Source of the DNA: Dipteris shenzhenensis
Lineage: Eukaryota
NCBI GenBank assembly: GCA_047967505.1
Contig: CM106538.1
Strand: one strand, 5' to 3'
DNA length: 64,000 bases
How positions within the stretch are numbered: the stretch's first letter is position 1; each line of letters begins with the position of its first letter. A program made the position numbers and the translations under genes. The notes under the pieces were generated by a model, which was given only the letters and a program-made list of their open reading frames with translations, searched no databases and was not told the DNA's origin. Positions 13,780-26,440 of the stretch are shown here, in pieces.

Positions 13780-14334
13780 AATTTTGGACTAATGCTTTGG
13801 CCATTCCTACCCATGTTCAAGTGAAATATCAATAATTTGAACCAAATCTAATCAATGTGGAACTAATTTGGTTGAAGAAAGATCTATACATCTATGTATC
13901 TCAAAAGTTCATGGTTGTGTCTTCCTACAATATGTATTAAAACATCTCACTCATTTCTCGATTCGCTAAAGAAAGAATCATCCACCTTCTATGTTACAAT
14001 GGTATATTTCTATTCAAAGTGTATTGTGGTTGATTGGTAAAAGGGAGGTATTTATCAACATGGTGTAATTCTTTTCAGATTATTTTCGGTTTGATTGATA
14101 AAGGCCCGATTTAAGGCGAGGTAGTTAATAAAATGTTAATGATTTTCAACAGTGATGGGAGGTATGTAATTATCAAGAGTCCTATCTAAAACATAACTTA
14201 TTAACTTCAAATATGTCCTACTTCCCCCTTGCGGCTAGGTGGCAATTAGGTGCAGTATATTGAGTGGATGGCAATTAAATGAACTAGATGAAAGGAAAAG
14301 AATATGATGGATGGCTATTCTAGAGGTATAGTGC

Positions 14335-14371
<37 letters not shown>

Positions 14372-16192
14372 ATGGAAAATAGATATTCATGTCAAGATTT
14401 TGAACTTGGACAATGTGGATGTATGGGAGTAGAGCAATATGAATATGAATGGCAATTAAATCGACAATTACATTGGCAATTCCGAATGGTACATTGACAT
14501 TCTTAAACAAAGTTTTGTTAGCTACGTGAAAGTAAAGTAAATTTATGATGAGAGAGTGTTGATTTACTAGATAGTATAGACTCGCACATGCAATCCATGT
14601 TTGATAGGCACATTGGATTGATTGTACAAGGCATTCATATTTGTTGGCAACAAAAGTTTGATGGCAAGTTTGGAGATGGATCACATTCATGAATGGTAAG
14701 CTCACTACAATTAGATTTGGAGATGGATTGCATTCATAAATGGTAAGCTCACCACAGTTAGATAAGGCCATAGTGAGTCACAATTGCATTAACATAAATG
14801 CATTGGCCATTCCTACCCACGTTCAAATGAAATACCAAAAAGTGGCACCAAGTTGATTTAAGAAACATTCAGACACCTTGTCACCCATTCTTCAATCCAT
14901 AAAGAAAGAATCATCTACCATCTATGCAACAATGGAATATTTATATGGGTAAACTCAGGGTAGTCACTCTATAAGCATCTAAGGTAGTAGGTTCATTCAT
15001 GAGAGGGGATTTTTGAATTTGCGAGACTTTCGAGGCCAGTTACATATAAGAGGGGTTTTTAAAAATAGTTATCCAATATAATTGTGATATGTACATGTAG
15101 GAGGAGACTTTTAAGTTCAAAATTGCAACATGCATATGTACGGAAAAGGGGTAAATAATTTTGTAGAAAAATGTTAAAATTTACATATAGGGGTATCTTA
15201 ATCGTGTGCTTCCTCGCATGTGTTTAATGGATTTTTACATAGTGACTGCCTCAAGTCGATAAATGGGAGGTATTAATAAATGGAGTATGTTGTACTGTGT
15301 TTGATTGCAATACGTGAGGTAGTTAATAAAGTGTTAACACTATTGAACACTACACCTAGATAAACATTGATGGGAGGAATGTAATAATCATGTTAGTGCT
15401 GCCTAAAACATATCTTGTCAAATTGAAATATGTTCTACTCCCTCCTTGAAAGTAGTTGCAATTAGTGAAGTGTATGTGAGTGGTTGGCGATTAGGTGAAG
15501 TATGTGTGAAGGAAAGAACTATATGATGAAAGGAGAAAAAGAGTAGCATGAGCAATTGGTTGATCGATAAACCCGAGGTTCTCACTCTATAAACATCAAA
15601 GGTAGTAGATTCGTCCATGGAAGGTGAATTTTGAATTTGGGGGACGTACGGGCCATTTACGAATAGGAGGGGTTTTAAAGAAAAGTTATTTGATATAACT
15701 ATGAATATGTACATGTAAGGAGGGGACTTTTAAGTTCAAAATTGTAAGATGTATATGTACAAAAGAGGGATAAATAGTATGTAAGAAAATGTAAAATCTT
15801 AAATACAAGGATAATTTAAATGTGTGCTTGCTCGCACTCTTTAATGGATTTTTACCCATTCACCACCTAGGGTTGATAAACAGAAGGTATTTAATAAAAT
15901 TGTGTCTTTTTATGGAAATATGAGGTAGCCAACAAAATGTTAATGCAACTTAACACTACACCTAGATAGACCTTGATGGGTGGTATGTAATAATTATATT
16001 AGTGCTGCCTAAAAAATAAATTCCACTTCCCTCTTGCAATTAGGTGAAGTATGTGTGATGGTTGGCAATTTAGGTGGATTATGTGTCAAGGAAAGAACTA
16101 TATGATGAAAGGCAAAAAAGAGTGCCATGAGCCATTAGCAATTAGATGAACTAGATAAAAGGAAAAGAATATCATGGGTGGCTATTGCAAAG

Positions 16193-16275
<83 letters not shown>

Positions 16276-16918
16276 GACATTCATGTCAAAATTTTACCGG
16301 TGGACAACATAGGTGTATGGATGTAGAGGAATATGAATGACAATTACATTGGCAATTACATTGACATCCCCCAAAATCTCGCTAGGAGGACATATTTAAA
16401 CAAAGTCTTATTAGCTACGTGAAAGTAAAGCAAACTCACACTGATAGTGTGATGAATATAGACTCACACATGCGATCCATATTTGATAGGCACATTGGAG
16501 TAATTGCAAAAAGGTATTCATATTGTTGCCAACAAAAGTTTGATGGCAAGTTTGGAGAAGGATCACATACATGAACGGTACTAAGCTCACTATAGTAGAT
16601 AAGGCTAGAATGAAATAGCAATAATTTGAACCAAATCTAATCAATGTGGCACGAAATTGATTGAAGAAAGATTTATACACCTACAAAAGTTCAAGGTGTA
16701 CTAAAAATTCTCATTATTCTTCAATTCATTCTCTAAAGAAAGAATCATCTACCTTTTTTGTTACAACTGTGGCTGATCGTTCTTCAATTCTCATAGCAAA
16801 GATCCCATTGGCACCTGTACAATGACTTTGTTAATATATTGATCAGTTGTAATACACTCTCTGATTCTAATCTCAGCATTGTACATGATTTTTAAATATA
16901 TTTTTATATTCATGAGTC

Positions 16919-16953
<35 letters not shown>

Positions 16954-17600
16954 CTTCTATGTTACAATGGTACATTTCTATTCAAAGTCTGTTGTGGTTG
17001 ATCGATAAATGGGAGGTATTTAGTAAAATGGTGTATTTCTATTTGAAATTGTAATCCCCCAATTTGAATTCCACAGTCCCACCCCAATTAAAATCTAGAT
17101 AGATAGATGATCTACATAGATAGACCCATCTATCTATCGATCGGGAGGTCTATCTCACTCATCCTTTTTATTACGATTTCCATGGAACCAGGTCATGGTG
17201 CAATAGTTGGAATTGGGCTAGTAGTGTTAGGTGTATTCCCATATGTCTGCACAGAGGGAACCTAATGTATCTAGAGGTGTGGTCCCAAATGTACCTGTGC
17301 AACATCTCTGCGACTTTTAGCATATCTCTATCCAGGGGATGTGAAACTTGAATTGGAGTCGGTAGTAATGAATCCCAATAGGATTCAATGTGATATCCCT
17401 TTGGTTCTAGCCCCCCCCTCTGGAGGGGAGATCTATATGTACATATGGATTTATTGTATTTGATTGATAAAGGCGAGGTAACCAAAATGTTAGTGCTATT
17501 CAACAATGGACCTAGATAGATCTTGATGGGAGGTATGTAAAAATCATGTTAGTGTTGTCTAAAACATATCTTGTCACATTTATGTATGTCCTACTCTTCC
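13780..17600. repeat. Patchwork of degenerate direct repeats (probable non-autonomous TE relics) with (GA)n/(CT)n tracts
   Basis: Recurring blocks: ttggccattcctaccca (13797, 14803); aaagaaagaatcatc (13968, 14901, 16735); 14340-14780 resembles 16200-16620; 14960-15400 resembles 15580-16020. Confidence 0.75.
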
Positions 17601-17646
17601 CCGCTAACACTTCATCTTCTTGCTCCCACCTATGTGTGTGTGTGTG

Positions 17647-17700
<54 letters not shown>

Positions 17701-17829
17701 CATAGGCATTAATGAAACTTCCCACAAATGAGAGCCACTTATTTCCTTGGTCAAATTTTGATGTGGGTGAATGCTTTGAACTTGCCCCCCACTTCAAGTC
17801 ATCCCAAGTAAGAAAAAGACAATCGTGTC

Positions 17830-18360
17830 AATCTATCTTAATCTGATAGACCCTTTAAAAAAACCTAGATATAAACACTCCCATAGCTAACCAAGCTTCT
17901 TGAGACCATTCAATGCAAGAGGGGCCCAAGTTTTGTGTAGTAGAATGAAAAGATGTTGGCTAGCCTTCCAATGTTCTAGTTGTACCCAAAAGCTAGATTA
18001 TTTTCAACAATGTAAAGGCCACTATGGTGACCCACCTAGCTAGTAAGGATATAGAAAGGTAATCTACTTAGATGAGGCTAGGAGGATCTTGTACTATATT
18101 TAGGTGAGGATTGTATAGTACATGATCACCCATAAGGAGAAGTGAATAAAGAAGGCTAAACACTTGGATAGAGTCAATAAACCCATATGTTAAAAATGCC
18201 TTGGCATTTGAAATCGTCATTTCTCATTGAATCACGACCAACTCTCCCATGTCCTTGCCTAATGTCCTTGCCTAGCATGAATAAAGAATGATTCCAAAGA
18301 TTCAATGACCCAAGTCCACCTCTCCACATGTAACTGTTAAGTATCTTTATTGACATCTAC
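17830..18360 (-). mobile_element. Possible very degenerate LINE ORF2 fragment
   Basis: YMWRGGLG and KDMGELVV segments resemble the post-RT 'FLW..K..GGLG' region. The match is weak. Confidence 0.3.
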
Positions 18361-18777
18361 ACTCTAGTGAGTACATGGTCACAACATGGGAAACAAAAGA
18401 TGAAAAGGTAGTAAAGAGATAGAGAATCTATGTGGGTAGGCCACACATTGATGACATTGATAAGAGGTGGGGTTGATATGCAATAGGGGAAGGGTTAAGT
18501 CCACTTCCCCCTTGGGTTCCAAGAGTAGCCTCTGAGGCCTTTTTTGAGGGGGCGAGGCTTAGCAGTTGAGGCTGCAACACCTCAACTTCCGGTTGACAAG
18601 GATTTACATGTTTGAGACTTTGGACGAGACAAAGATGGGTGCTCAAATTTTAGGAGTATTGTGATCATTGTGTTAGCAAATATGACGATGATTCCAAAGG
18701 TAGGCTCTTCCCTAAGATGTGCATGTCGCTCGTGAAGAACCACCAAGTGGTGCTTTCGGGTATGAGATGGTGCTAGC

Positions 18778-18990
18778 CATTGAAGAGAATCGTGACTTTG
18801 TGACATGTGAAATGGTGGTTATCAGAATGATGCCACATATGTTTTGTTGTGGGGCACCATGTACTTCCATTGATGGATGTTTCATTGAAGAGAATTGTGA
18901 CTTTGCGACATGTGAAACGGTGGTTATGAGAATGATGCCACCTATGTTTTGTTGTGGGGCACCATGTACGTTCATTGATGGGTGTTTCAT
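18778..18990. repeat. 105-bp tandem duplication (2 copies)
   Basis: cattgaagagaa starts at both 18778 and 18883. Confidence 0.95.
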
Positions 18991-19888
18991 GAATCAATCG
19001 GGGCAATGTACGAGGGAATGATCATTGGTGTGGGGATTAGTGAAAGGCCCGAGGGAGGAAGTTCCCAAAAGAAACATTGCATTATTTTCAACTACGAGCC
19101 TTAGTGAAAGGCCCGAGGGAGGAAGTTCACTTGGGGATTAGTGAAAGGCCTGAGGGAGGAAGTTCCCAAAAGAAACATTACCTTATTTTCAACTGCGAGC
19201 CTTTTATGAGCGTTGAGGTCCTATGGTGGGAGGTCTTAGATGGGTCAATCTTGACCCGTAATATTATGGCATGTTAGCCTTCCTGCTTAGAAAATTGATG
19301 GAGATTTGCAACCTCACTGACATTCAAATATTTGACGGCCAACATTGGGTGACTTGTTGCTTCCTGCTTAGAAAATTGATGGAGTAGGGTGGCCATTTTA
19401 GCGCGAGGAAAACGAGAAGCTGGTAATTGGGGGTCGATTTCGATGCTTTTCGACTAGTAATGGCCATCTAATTTTCGACCATTAGTGAAGTTGGGAGCGA
19501 GCAACACGTGGCAAGATAACATGAGCAACGCTTGACACATGGTGTGTGCATAGATGGTTTGCTGACATTGTGTGTGTTTCATGATGTGAGTCGTGGTGGG
19601 TGGTTGCGTGTCTTTTTGGGTAGCAAAATTTGGTTGGCCGGCTTTCCAGGTCATCAACATACCCGCTCAAACATTGCATATTATGTGTAAAGTAGTTGGT
19701 ACCAATCGGGTGAATGAAGTATGCTTATGGGCTTCCATGGATCCAATGGTGGAGGTTGAACTTTCGATGTGGGGATTGGCAGCGTGGATGGGGTAGGGAA
19801 TCGGATCTGGCCTCCCATTACCAGGAGGAAATCAACTCAATTGCGATGGCATCTTCTACAAATTGGAAGATTAAAAAATGCGACGGGG

Positions 19889-20113
19889 TCAGCTAGCTAC
19901 CGACCATCTAGTTTGGTTCACTATATCCATAACAGCCTTCTTACATGTCAGTGAAAACACATCAGTCTTGTTCATAGAGGCCTCACATCTAGCTAACCAT
20001 ATTCTATGAAGTGTTGAATATCTAATAACATCCCACATAATGGACTGAGATCTACTCCGAATATGGCGGCACCCTTGGAGATATACTCCAGCCCTAGGTC
20101 CTTGGCACACCAT
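19889..20113 (-). mobile_element. LINE ORF2 3'-end fragment
   Basis: WDVIRYSTLHRIWLARC resembles the 'W...IW..RN' C-terminal motif of plant L1 ORF2. Confidence 0.45.
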
Positions 20114-20547
20114 GCTCGTCTTGAGAGCTTTTTGTTTCAGTTGTAATCTGGTTGTTTTGATTAATATATAAGTAGACCTATTTCAATAAAAAAAAGAAGC
20201 GACGGGGGTAGTCCGATGGACGGAAGCATGATTCATGAATGATTCCGGCGTCCTGGTATGAGTACAACCAACTACTCCCCGAAGGGATTAAGGGTAATGG
20301 GGAGATTAAGATTAAGGCGGGAAAGAGATTAGGGGCAATTAAGAAGCTATTAAAATAATAATCCATCGTCTTCTTCCTGGCGATAGCCAATGCTTCTAAC
20401 AGCCAAGAAGAAGAAGAAGCTTGCGAGCTCGCCACCGCCATGGCCAAAAAGCTTGCTTTATCGCCATGGCCACAAGCTTCAATGCCATAGCCATTGCCAC
20501 AGCTTTCTTCATCTCCATAGCCACAAGCTTTCTTCATCGACATAGCC

Positions 20548-23385
20548 ATGGAAGTCCAAGTCCCTTCCTTCCCCCTCCCTCGCGCTTGGGCCTCCCAGCG
20601 CCCCCGTAGCATCCTCCCCATGGCTCCCTCCAAGCCCTTCCTCCCTCCTCCCCTCATCCTGTTGGACGATCCCCACGCCGAGCTTCCTCCTCGCTCTTTG
20701 CATGGCGATGGCGTTTGCATCTCTCCCCCTCGTCGCAGGATTGCACGCCCCGTTCCTGGTGATGCGCACACCGAGCCACGGCGCCAGGCGAATGCTGCTG
20801 CCTCCCTCCCCGAGTCTCCTCGACCTGTTCATTGCGATGCGCCGGACGTCCGTCGTCACAAGGTCGATACGCCTCTCGCTATCTCGGCGTCCCCTCGCAC
20901 CGTTCGCTGCGATGTTCATCATGTCATGGCCAATGAACGAACCGGCACCTTCACCGCAATGCCAAAGCTCTCCTCGGTTCCCGCTTTGCCCCTGGCCGTT
21001 TCGCCCCCGCTGATTCTCCCGCCCGAGCAAAACGGTGACGCCGTCATACATCGGCCATTCGGAAGCATTGCGCCAGTCGACGGGCTCGTTGGGGATCCAA
21101 GAGCCGTCGTTTCAAGTGAAAACCAATCCCAGGCAACTCTAGCTTCAGGTAGGATACCAACAGAATCGACGTCTCGACCGAAACGTCCAAGGTCTTTTGC
21201 AGTAAGAGATTATCCCGAGGGTTGTGGTAGGAGAAATGCCAACTCGAACGCCAACAATGATGCGAGGGACATACCAATGGAGTCTCCAAAATCTGTTGGG
21301 GAGCGTTTTGCGCAGCATGGCCTCAAGGATTTCAATCTTGTAACCAGGAAAGATTGTGCCATGAAATTGTCTACCAATAGCCTCGCATTGACGTCGCATA
21401 CAGGAATGCCGAGGCTCGGTAGTGAGTTCAAGAAACCTAACGTGAGTGCTCCCCGGATTACAAATATTCCCCCGCTGGAAGAACTCCATTCCAATGATAA
21501 GGAGAAGGAACACGACGGTGCTATTTGTCTATACGAAGGTTCCTCTGCGAGACAGCATGGGCATGGCGCAAAACGATTCTGGCCAGCAGAAAAACGGCAT
21601 AAGAGCATGACTTCTAGGTTCACGGGTTCATCAGGCCGAGGGGAGTTTCATACTCACAAGGCTCGCAAGAAACTAGAGTTAATGCCGCTTGTGGCGAGGC
21701 TGCAGAGTGTCAAAGATCGACCCGCAAAGAAAGCAAAGTTTGCGCATCCTTCTCCCTCTAATCACACAAGAACGGTCATACCTTCCCATGGCTTTGGGAG
21801 TGAAGACAACACGAGGCATCAGGAGTTAGCAGAGTGGAAGAGAGAACTCAGTCCTCGGGTTGCTGTGAAATACATTCTGCATAAATTTGGATCCGTCCGA
21901 AGGAACTCTGTGAACGTACAGACACGTTGTAAGAGACCCGACCTCTATGCATCTAATGTTTTGAGAGAAAATGGCCTGTGGAGCAACACTGAAGAGAGGA
22001 TTATTGGTGAAGTGCCAGGCGTGGAAGTGGGTGATGAGTTCAATTTTCGCATAGAGATGTTCATGATAGGTTTACATAGGCAAATTCAAGGTGGGATAGA
22101 CTTCATTTCTGGCAAGTTTCGTGCCAACGGCCGTCCAATTGCAACAAGCATTGTTGCTTCTGGTGGCTACGAGGATGATGCTGATGGGGGTGACATTTTC
22201 ATCTACACTGGCTCTGGTGGGAACAACTACAAAGGAGACAAGCGGCAGGAGAAAGATCAGAAGCTAGTGCGTGGAAACCTTGCACTGAGCTACAATTACA
22301 AAACTAAAACTCCAGTGCGTGTCATAAGAGGGTATCGGGATCCAACTAGTCCTTCAAAACATGTATATACGTATGATGGTCTGTATGATGTAGTTGAGTA
22401 CTGGTATAAACTTGGTTTGTCAGGGTTTCGAGTATACCAATTTAAGCTGGCTCGCCAAGCCAGACAACCAGAATTGGGCTCCTCCATTGTAAAGTTTGTT
22501 GGCAAGCTGCAGAAGAAAGGGCTGGACCGCCCCTTCCTTCTTTTGAAGGACTTATCTGAGGGCAAGGAGAGGCTGCCTGTCGGTGTTGTGAACGATGTGG
22601 ATGATGAAAAACAGCCTGCTTGCTTCACTTATGTCCCACAAATCAAGTATTCAAGTTTGCTCTCGCCTCCACTTCCAAGAGGCTGTGATTGTGTAGATGG
22701 CTGTGTTGATGTTGAAAAATGTCTTTGTGCTGCCAAGAATGGGGGTGAGTTTCCCTACAATGAAACTGGCGATGTTATCTGGCACAAGCCAGTACTGTAT
22801 GAATGTGGAAAGTCATGTCTTTGTCCACCTTCATGTCACAACAGATCAAGTCAGAGGGGTCTGAGGTATCAGCTTGAGGTTTTCAAGACCGGAAGTAAAG
22901 GCTGGGGGTTGAGATCCCTAGTTTCGATTCAGCGTGGTGGCGTTGTTTGTGAATATACAGGAGAGCTGTTGTCTGATGCCGAGGCTGAGCAAAAGGTTGG
23001 GGATGATGAGTATCTCTTTGACATTGGAAATAAATGGAATCCATGGGATGATATCTCCGAGCTAGTGGATTTGACACCACAAACTGCAGTTTGTCCTGTT
23101 GTTGAGGATGTAGGGTATACCATTGATGCCAAAAGGTTTGGCAACGTTGCAAGGTTTATCAATCACAGTTGCTCACCTAATCTTTATGTGCAGGATGTTC
23201 TTTTCGATTGTGATGATTTGAGGTTTCCACACATCATGTTGGTTGCTATGGAGAATATACCTCCTATGAGAGAGCTCACATATGACTACCACTACACCAT
23301 AGGTCATGTGCGAGATGGAAACAACAATGTGAAGACTAAAGCTTGTCATTGTGGAGCTGCAGGCTGCGGAGGGAGGTTATATTAG
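20548..23385 (+). CDS. SUVH5/6: Histone H3K9 methyltransferase of the SUVH5/SUVH6 type (SRA/YDG, pre-SET, SET, post-SET), single exon, 945 aa
   Basis: Uninterrupted ORF. SRA domain (GEVPGVEVGDEF..GLH..GGID..SGGYEDD..YTGSGG..DQKL.RGN..YDGLY), Cys-rich pre-SET, SET (KGWGLRS, CEYTGE, ARFINHSCSPN, ELTYDY), post-SET CHCGAAGC, and an N-terminal VRDYPEGCG motif. Confidence 0.97.
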   Translation: MEVQVPSFPLPRAWASQRPRSILPMAPSKPFLPPPLILLDDPHAELPPRSLHGDGVCISPPRRRIARPVPGDAHTEPRRQANAAASLPESPRPVHCDAPDVRRHKVDTPLAISASPRTVRCDVHHVMANERTGTFTAMPKLSSVPALPLAVSPPLILPPEQNGDAVIHRPFGSIAPVDGLVGDPRAVVSSENQSQATLASGRIPTESTSRPKRPRSFAVRDYPEGCGRRNANSNANNDARDIPMESPKSVGERFAQHGLKDFNLVTRKDCAMKLSTNSLALTSHTGMPRLGSEFKKPNVSAPRITNIPPLEELHSNDKEKEHDGAICLYEGSSARQHGHGAKRFWPAEKRHKSMTSRFTGSSGRGEFHTHKARKKLELMPLVARLQSVKDRPAKKAKFAHPSPSNHTRTVIPSHGFGSEDNTRHQELAEWKRELSPRVAVKYILHKFGSVRRNSVNVQTRCKRPDLYASNVLRENGLWSNTEERIIGEVPGVEVGDEFNFRIEMFMIGLHRQIQGGIDFISGKFRANGRPIATSIVASGGYEDDADGGDIFIYTGSGGNNYKGDKRQEKDQKLVRGNLALSYNYKTKTPVRVIRGYRDPTSPSKHVYTYDGLYDVVEYWYKLGLSGFRVYQFKLARQARQPELGSSIVKFVGKLQKKGLDRPFLLLKDLSEGKERLPVGVVNDVDDEKQPACFTYVPQIKYSSLLSPPLPRGCDCVDGCVDVEKCLCAAKNGGEFPYNETGDVIWHKPVLYECGKSCLCPPSCHNRSSQRGLRYQLEVFKTGSKGWGLRSLVSIQRGGVVCEYTGELLSDAEAEQKVGDDEYLFDIGNKWNPWDDISELVDLTPQTAVCPVVEDVGYTIDAKRFGNVARFINHSCSPNLYVQDVLFDCDDLRFPHIMLVAMENIPPMRELTYDYHYTIGHVRDGNNNVKTKACHCGAAGCGGRLY

Positions 23386-23825
23386 TGCACTGACGTCTGG
23401 TTTCCCATTGTTTTAAGAAAGCTCCTTGCATCACAGGCAATTATGGTCATTGTTCGAGAAAATTGGTGAGAGTATCTGTGGTAAAACTTTGTAAATTGGG
23501 TCCAAACTGGGCCAAAGCAAGTTTGTAGTTCCTTTTTGCAAGCCAAATTTTGCTCCATTGGCAAGTGGAGTGGCTCATGTATATCACACAGTTTTGGTTG
23601 GCTCAGACAAGTTTAGTCCCTCGGCAAGTGGAGCGTGGCTCTTTAAACTACTTATATTTAAATGATTTTGTGGCACGTGTTGTTGTCCTACTGTAGGCTT
23701 TTGAGTTCTTGATGTTGCTGTTGAACTGCTTATTCTGTGTTTCCAAGATTATATCTATACAATCTATCAGTGAATTTGTTCAAGGACTTGCATCCTTTAG
23801 AATTGTTTAAACACGGATCACTGCT

Positions 23826-23899
23826 ATGAGGCTTCTAACCAAAAGGGAATGTTGTGGAAACATGAGGCTTCTAACCAAAAGGGAATGTTGTGGAAACAT
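23826..23899. repeat. Perfect 36-bp tandem duplication downstream of SUVH
   Basis: atgaggcttctaaccaaaagggaatgttgtggaaac at 23826 and 23862. Confidence 0.95.
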
Positions 23900-24699
23900 C
23901 TCTCGGGTGACAGATGCCATAAAAGGAGCCTTTCAAGTGGTGGCTCCTAAGCATCCATGTACACAAGAGAGAGAGTTCTAACTTCATGTGCTATTGCCAT
24001 AAACTGCACTAGACTCGCTGGATCGTGTCATTTCAGTCTATGTTTTGTGCATATTGCAGGGACTTTTTTAAAAATAACTGTCTGTCTGGAATAAATATTC
24101 TGTAAAATTCTAATATGGGCAATTTTAGCCACCACATGTACCCTGCAAGCAGGGATGAAATACATGTACCCTGCAAGCACGGATGAAATATGGAATCCTT
24201 GTGAAAGTTCATTGAGCTAAGTTTTTTAGTTTCACAATATTGACAGAACATTCTTTGCCTTTATATTTTTCCTTTGAATTTTGAAGTAAAAGGCGTGAAC
24301 CTTGGCGAAACTTAAAATTGTTTGCATAAAAATTTCAAATCCTGGTGAATATTTCAAACTTTTATTTTTGTTATGGCATATAAGCTTCCAATACTAGTAT
24401 AAGAGTTTCGTTTCTTAGCGAAAGTATTTGAATAAATCATCCATGCTTGTATCATACTGTCTTTGATTGCGAAGTAGTGCTGTATATATGAGGATTGTCT
24501 TAGTTAGGCAAGTCATAAGACGTAGAGCACAACGATTTACATTAGGTGATCGAGACAAGTAGAAAATTTACTTCCATACATCTTAACAAACATTCAAACA
24601 CTACTTGTTACCACACAACAACATGAATATATATAGCATAGTCAGTGCAAACCAAAAGATGCATAGAATTCATGTGCCAAACAAAGCATCCATCATATC

Positions 24700-25620
24700 C
24701 TTCAAAATAAACTTCTTACAAGATTGGTCTCACTAACTTGATGGCAACAAGGGACTCAACAGCTCACAACAATAGTGTAGAACTTCTTTTATTAAATGGC
24801 AACTTGAAGCCTTTTGATCTAAAAATGCAAGGAAAGACTATGGATTTAGGAACATTTACAAAATTAGATGTTGTCATGAGCAATCTACATGGCACAAGAG
24901 GTTCCTATCTCCATTGAGGACCCCAAAGACAACCTAGAACAAGTGGTCATCATCATGTAATCTCATTGATGGTGAGTGGCATTAGAATAGGTCGGTTACA
25001 ACATGGGCACACTAAAACAAAACACAAATCTAGGTTTTGTAAAGCTTGTGTAAAAGGCTTGGTCAGTCCATGGTAAAAAACAAAAAGACTCTCGTAGCAA
25101 ACCAATTTTCAAGAAATAACAAAGGCCGCTAAAAGAGAGCCAACCCAAAGTGAACGATAAGACGAGAATGGTCAACATCAATCTAGAGCGGCCGTCCTGT
25201 CGGGCTATATTGAAACTTTTGGACATTGATGAGTGAAGACAATCAAGGTTCTAGAATTTTGCTACGTGCTGTCTAGTAATAATTAACTCGATCATGGTAT
25301 TTAAACATGATGCCTTTTTGGGGGTCGACATCCATTATGTGGCATTGGGGATACATCGTGAAAGGGCCAAGAAATAACTAAGATCATGAAAAAGAAAAGA
25401 CTAAATCTTTCTTTTGTGAAAAGGAATGCCCAATCCAAGTGTGAATTATAGTAGAAAAGTGTGACACTATTGAGATCATGAAAAAGAAAAGGCTAAATCT
25501 TTCTTTTGTGAAGAATGCTAAATCCAAGTGTGAATTGTCGCAAAAGCATGTGAAGCTATTGAGAAGCACTAAGCACCATATGGTGGAGCCACATATTGAA
25601 TATAGCCTCATATTAATGAA
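24700..25620 (-). mobile_element. Possible highly decayed hAT transposase relic
   Basis: Fragments SHLDLAF (compare HC.AH.L.LA) and KRSSTL..VESLVAIK (compare the hAT dimerisation domain). The motif cttgcctaa occurs inverted at ~24503 and repeated at 27889-27980. Confidence 0.3.
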
Positions 25621-25994
25621 AAACGATGAACCTTCCCATGCATTTGCCCATGTGGGAACCTACTCCCAAGGAATAGATGTAGTAATAATGTTGAGACAAA
25701 CTGGGTATGAAGAAAGGAACCAATAGCAAGAATAGAAAAAGACAGTGGTTGAGTGGCCAAGTAAGGAAGCTACAAAGCCAGTTAAGGAGGCAACCGAAAA
25801 ATCAACACCTTATGGGTTAGGACTAGCATGCGAAAGCTTAGGGAGGCAGCCAAGAATTCACTTCAAAGAGCTTAGAAACAACACCTTAGAGTTGGAACTA
25901 TAAGTTCGCCTACTTGCAAAAGCACCCAACAGGGTAGTAATGTTTCATTGCCAAAAGAGGTATTTAGAAAAGGGAAGCCCACAGATGGAGCAGA

Positions 25995-26440
25995 AATACC
26001 TAGTGTAGGTGAAGGTGAAGGGAATGAGCAACATGCCATTGCACGAATTGCATGGAACAATGCAACGAACTTAATAGCTCTTGAAGCATAGGGTAAAGCT
26101 TCAATGCAGCACCCTATTGTTGAGATTTCTTCAATGCAACACCCTATTGCTAAGATTTCTTCAATACCTAGTGTAGGTGAAGGTGAAGGGAATGAGCAAC
26201 ATGCCATTGCACGAATTGCATGGAACAATTCAACGAACTTAAGAGCTCTTGAAGCATAGGGTAAAACTTCAATGCAGCACCCTATTGCTGAGATTTCTTC
26301 AATACCTAGTGTAGGTGAAGGTGAAGGGAATGAGCAACATGCCATTGCACGAATTGCATGGAACAATTCAACGAACTTAACAGCTCTTGAAGCATAGGGT
26401 AAAGCTTCAATGCAGCACCCTATTGCTGAGATTTCTTCAA
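25995..26440. repeat. 138-bp tandem repeat (~3 copies, one with a 30-bp internal duplication)
   Basis: aatacctagtgtaggtgaagg at ~25995, 26163 and 26301. Confidence 0.95.

Noticed and set aside
17050-17443. Solo LTR (TG...CA) interrupting a repeat unit
   Set aside because: It looks like an insertion, but the flanks (gaaat / tatgg) show no target-site duplication, so I cannot support the call.
20178-23162. Antisense and alternative-frame ORFs overlapping SUVH
   Set aside because: Shadow ORFs of a GC-rich coding region, with no domain motifs.
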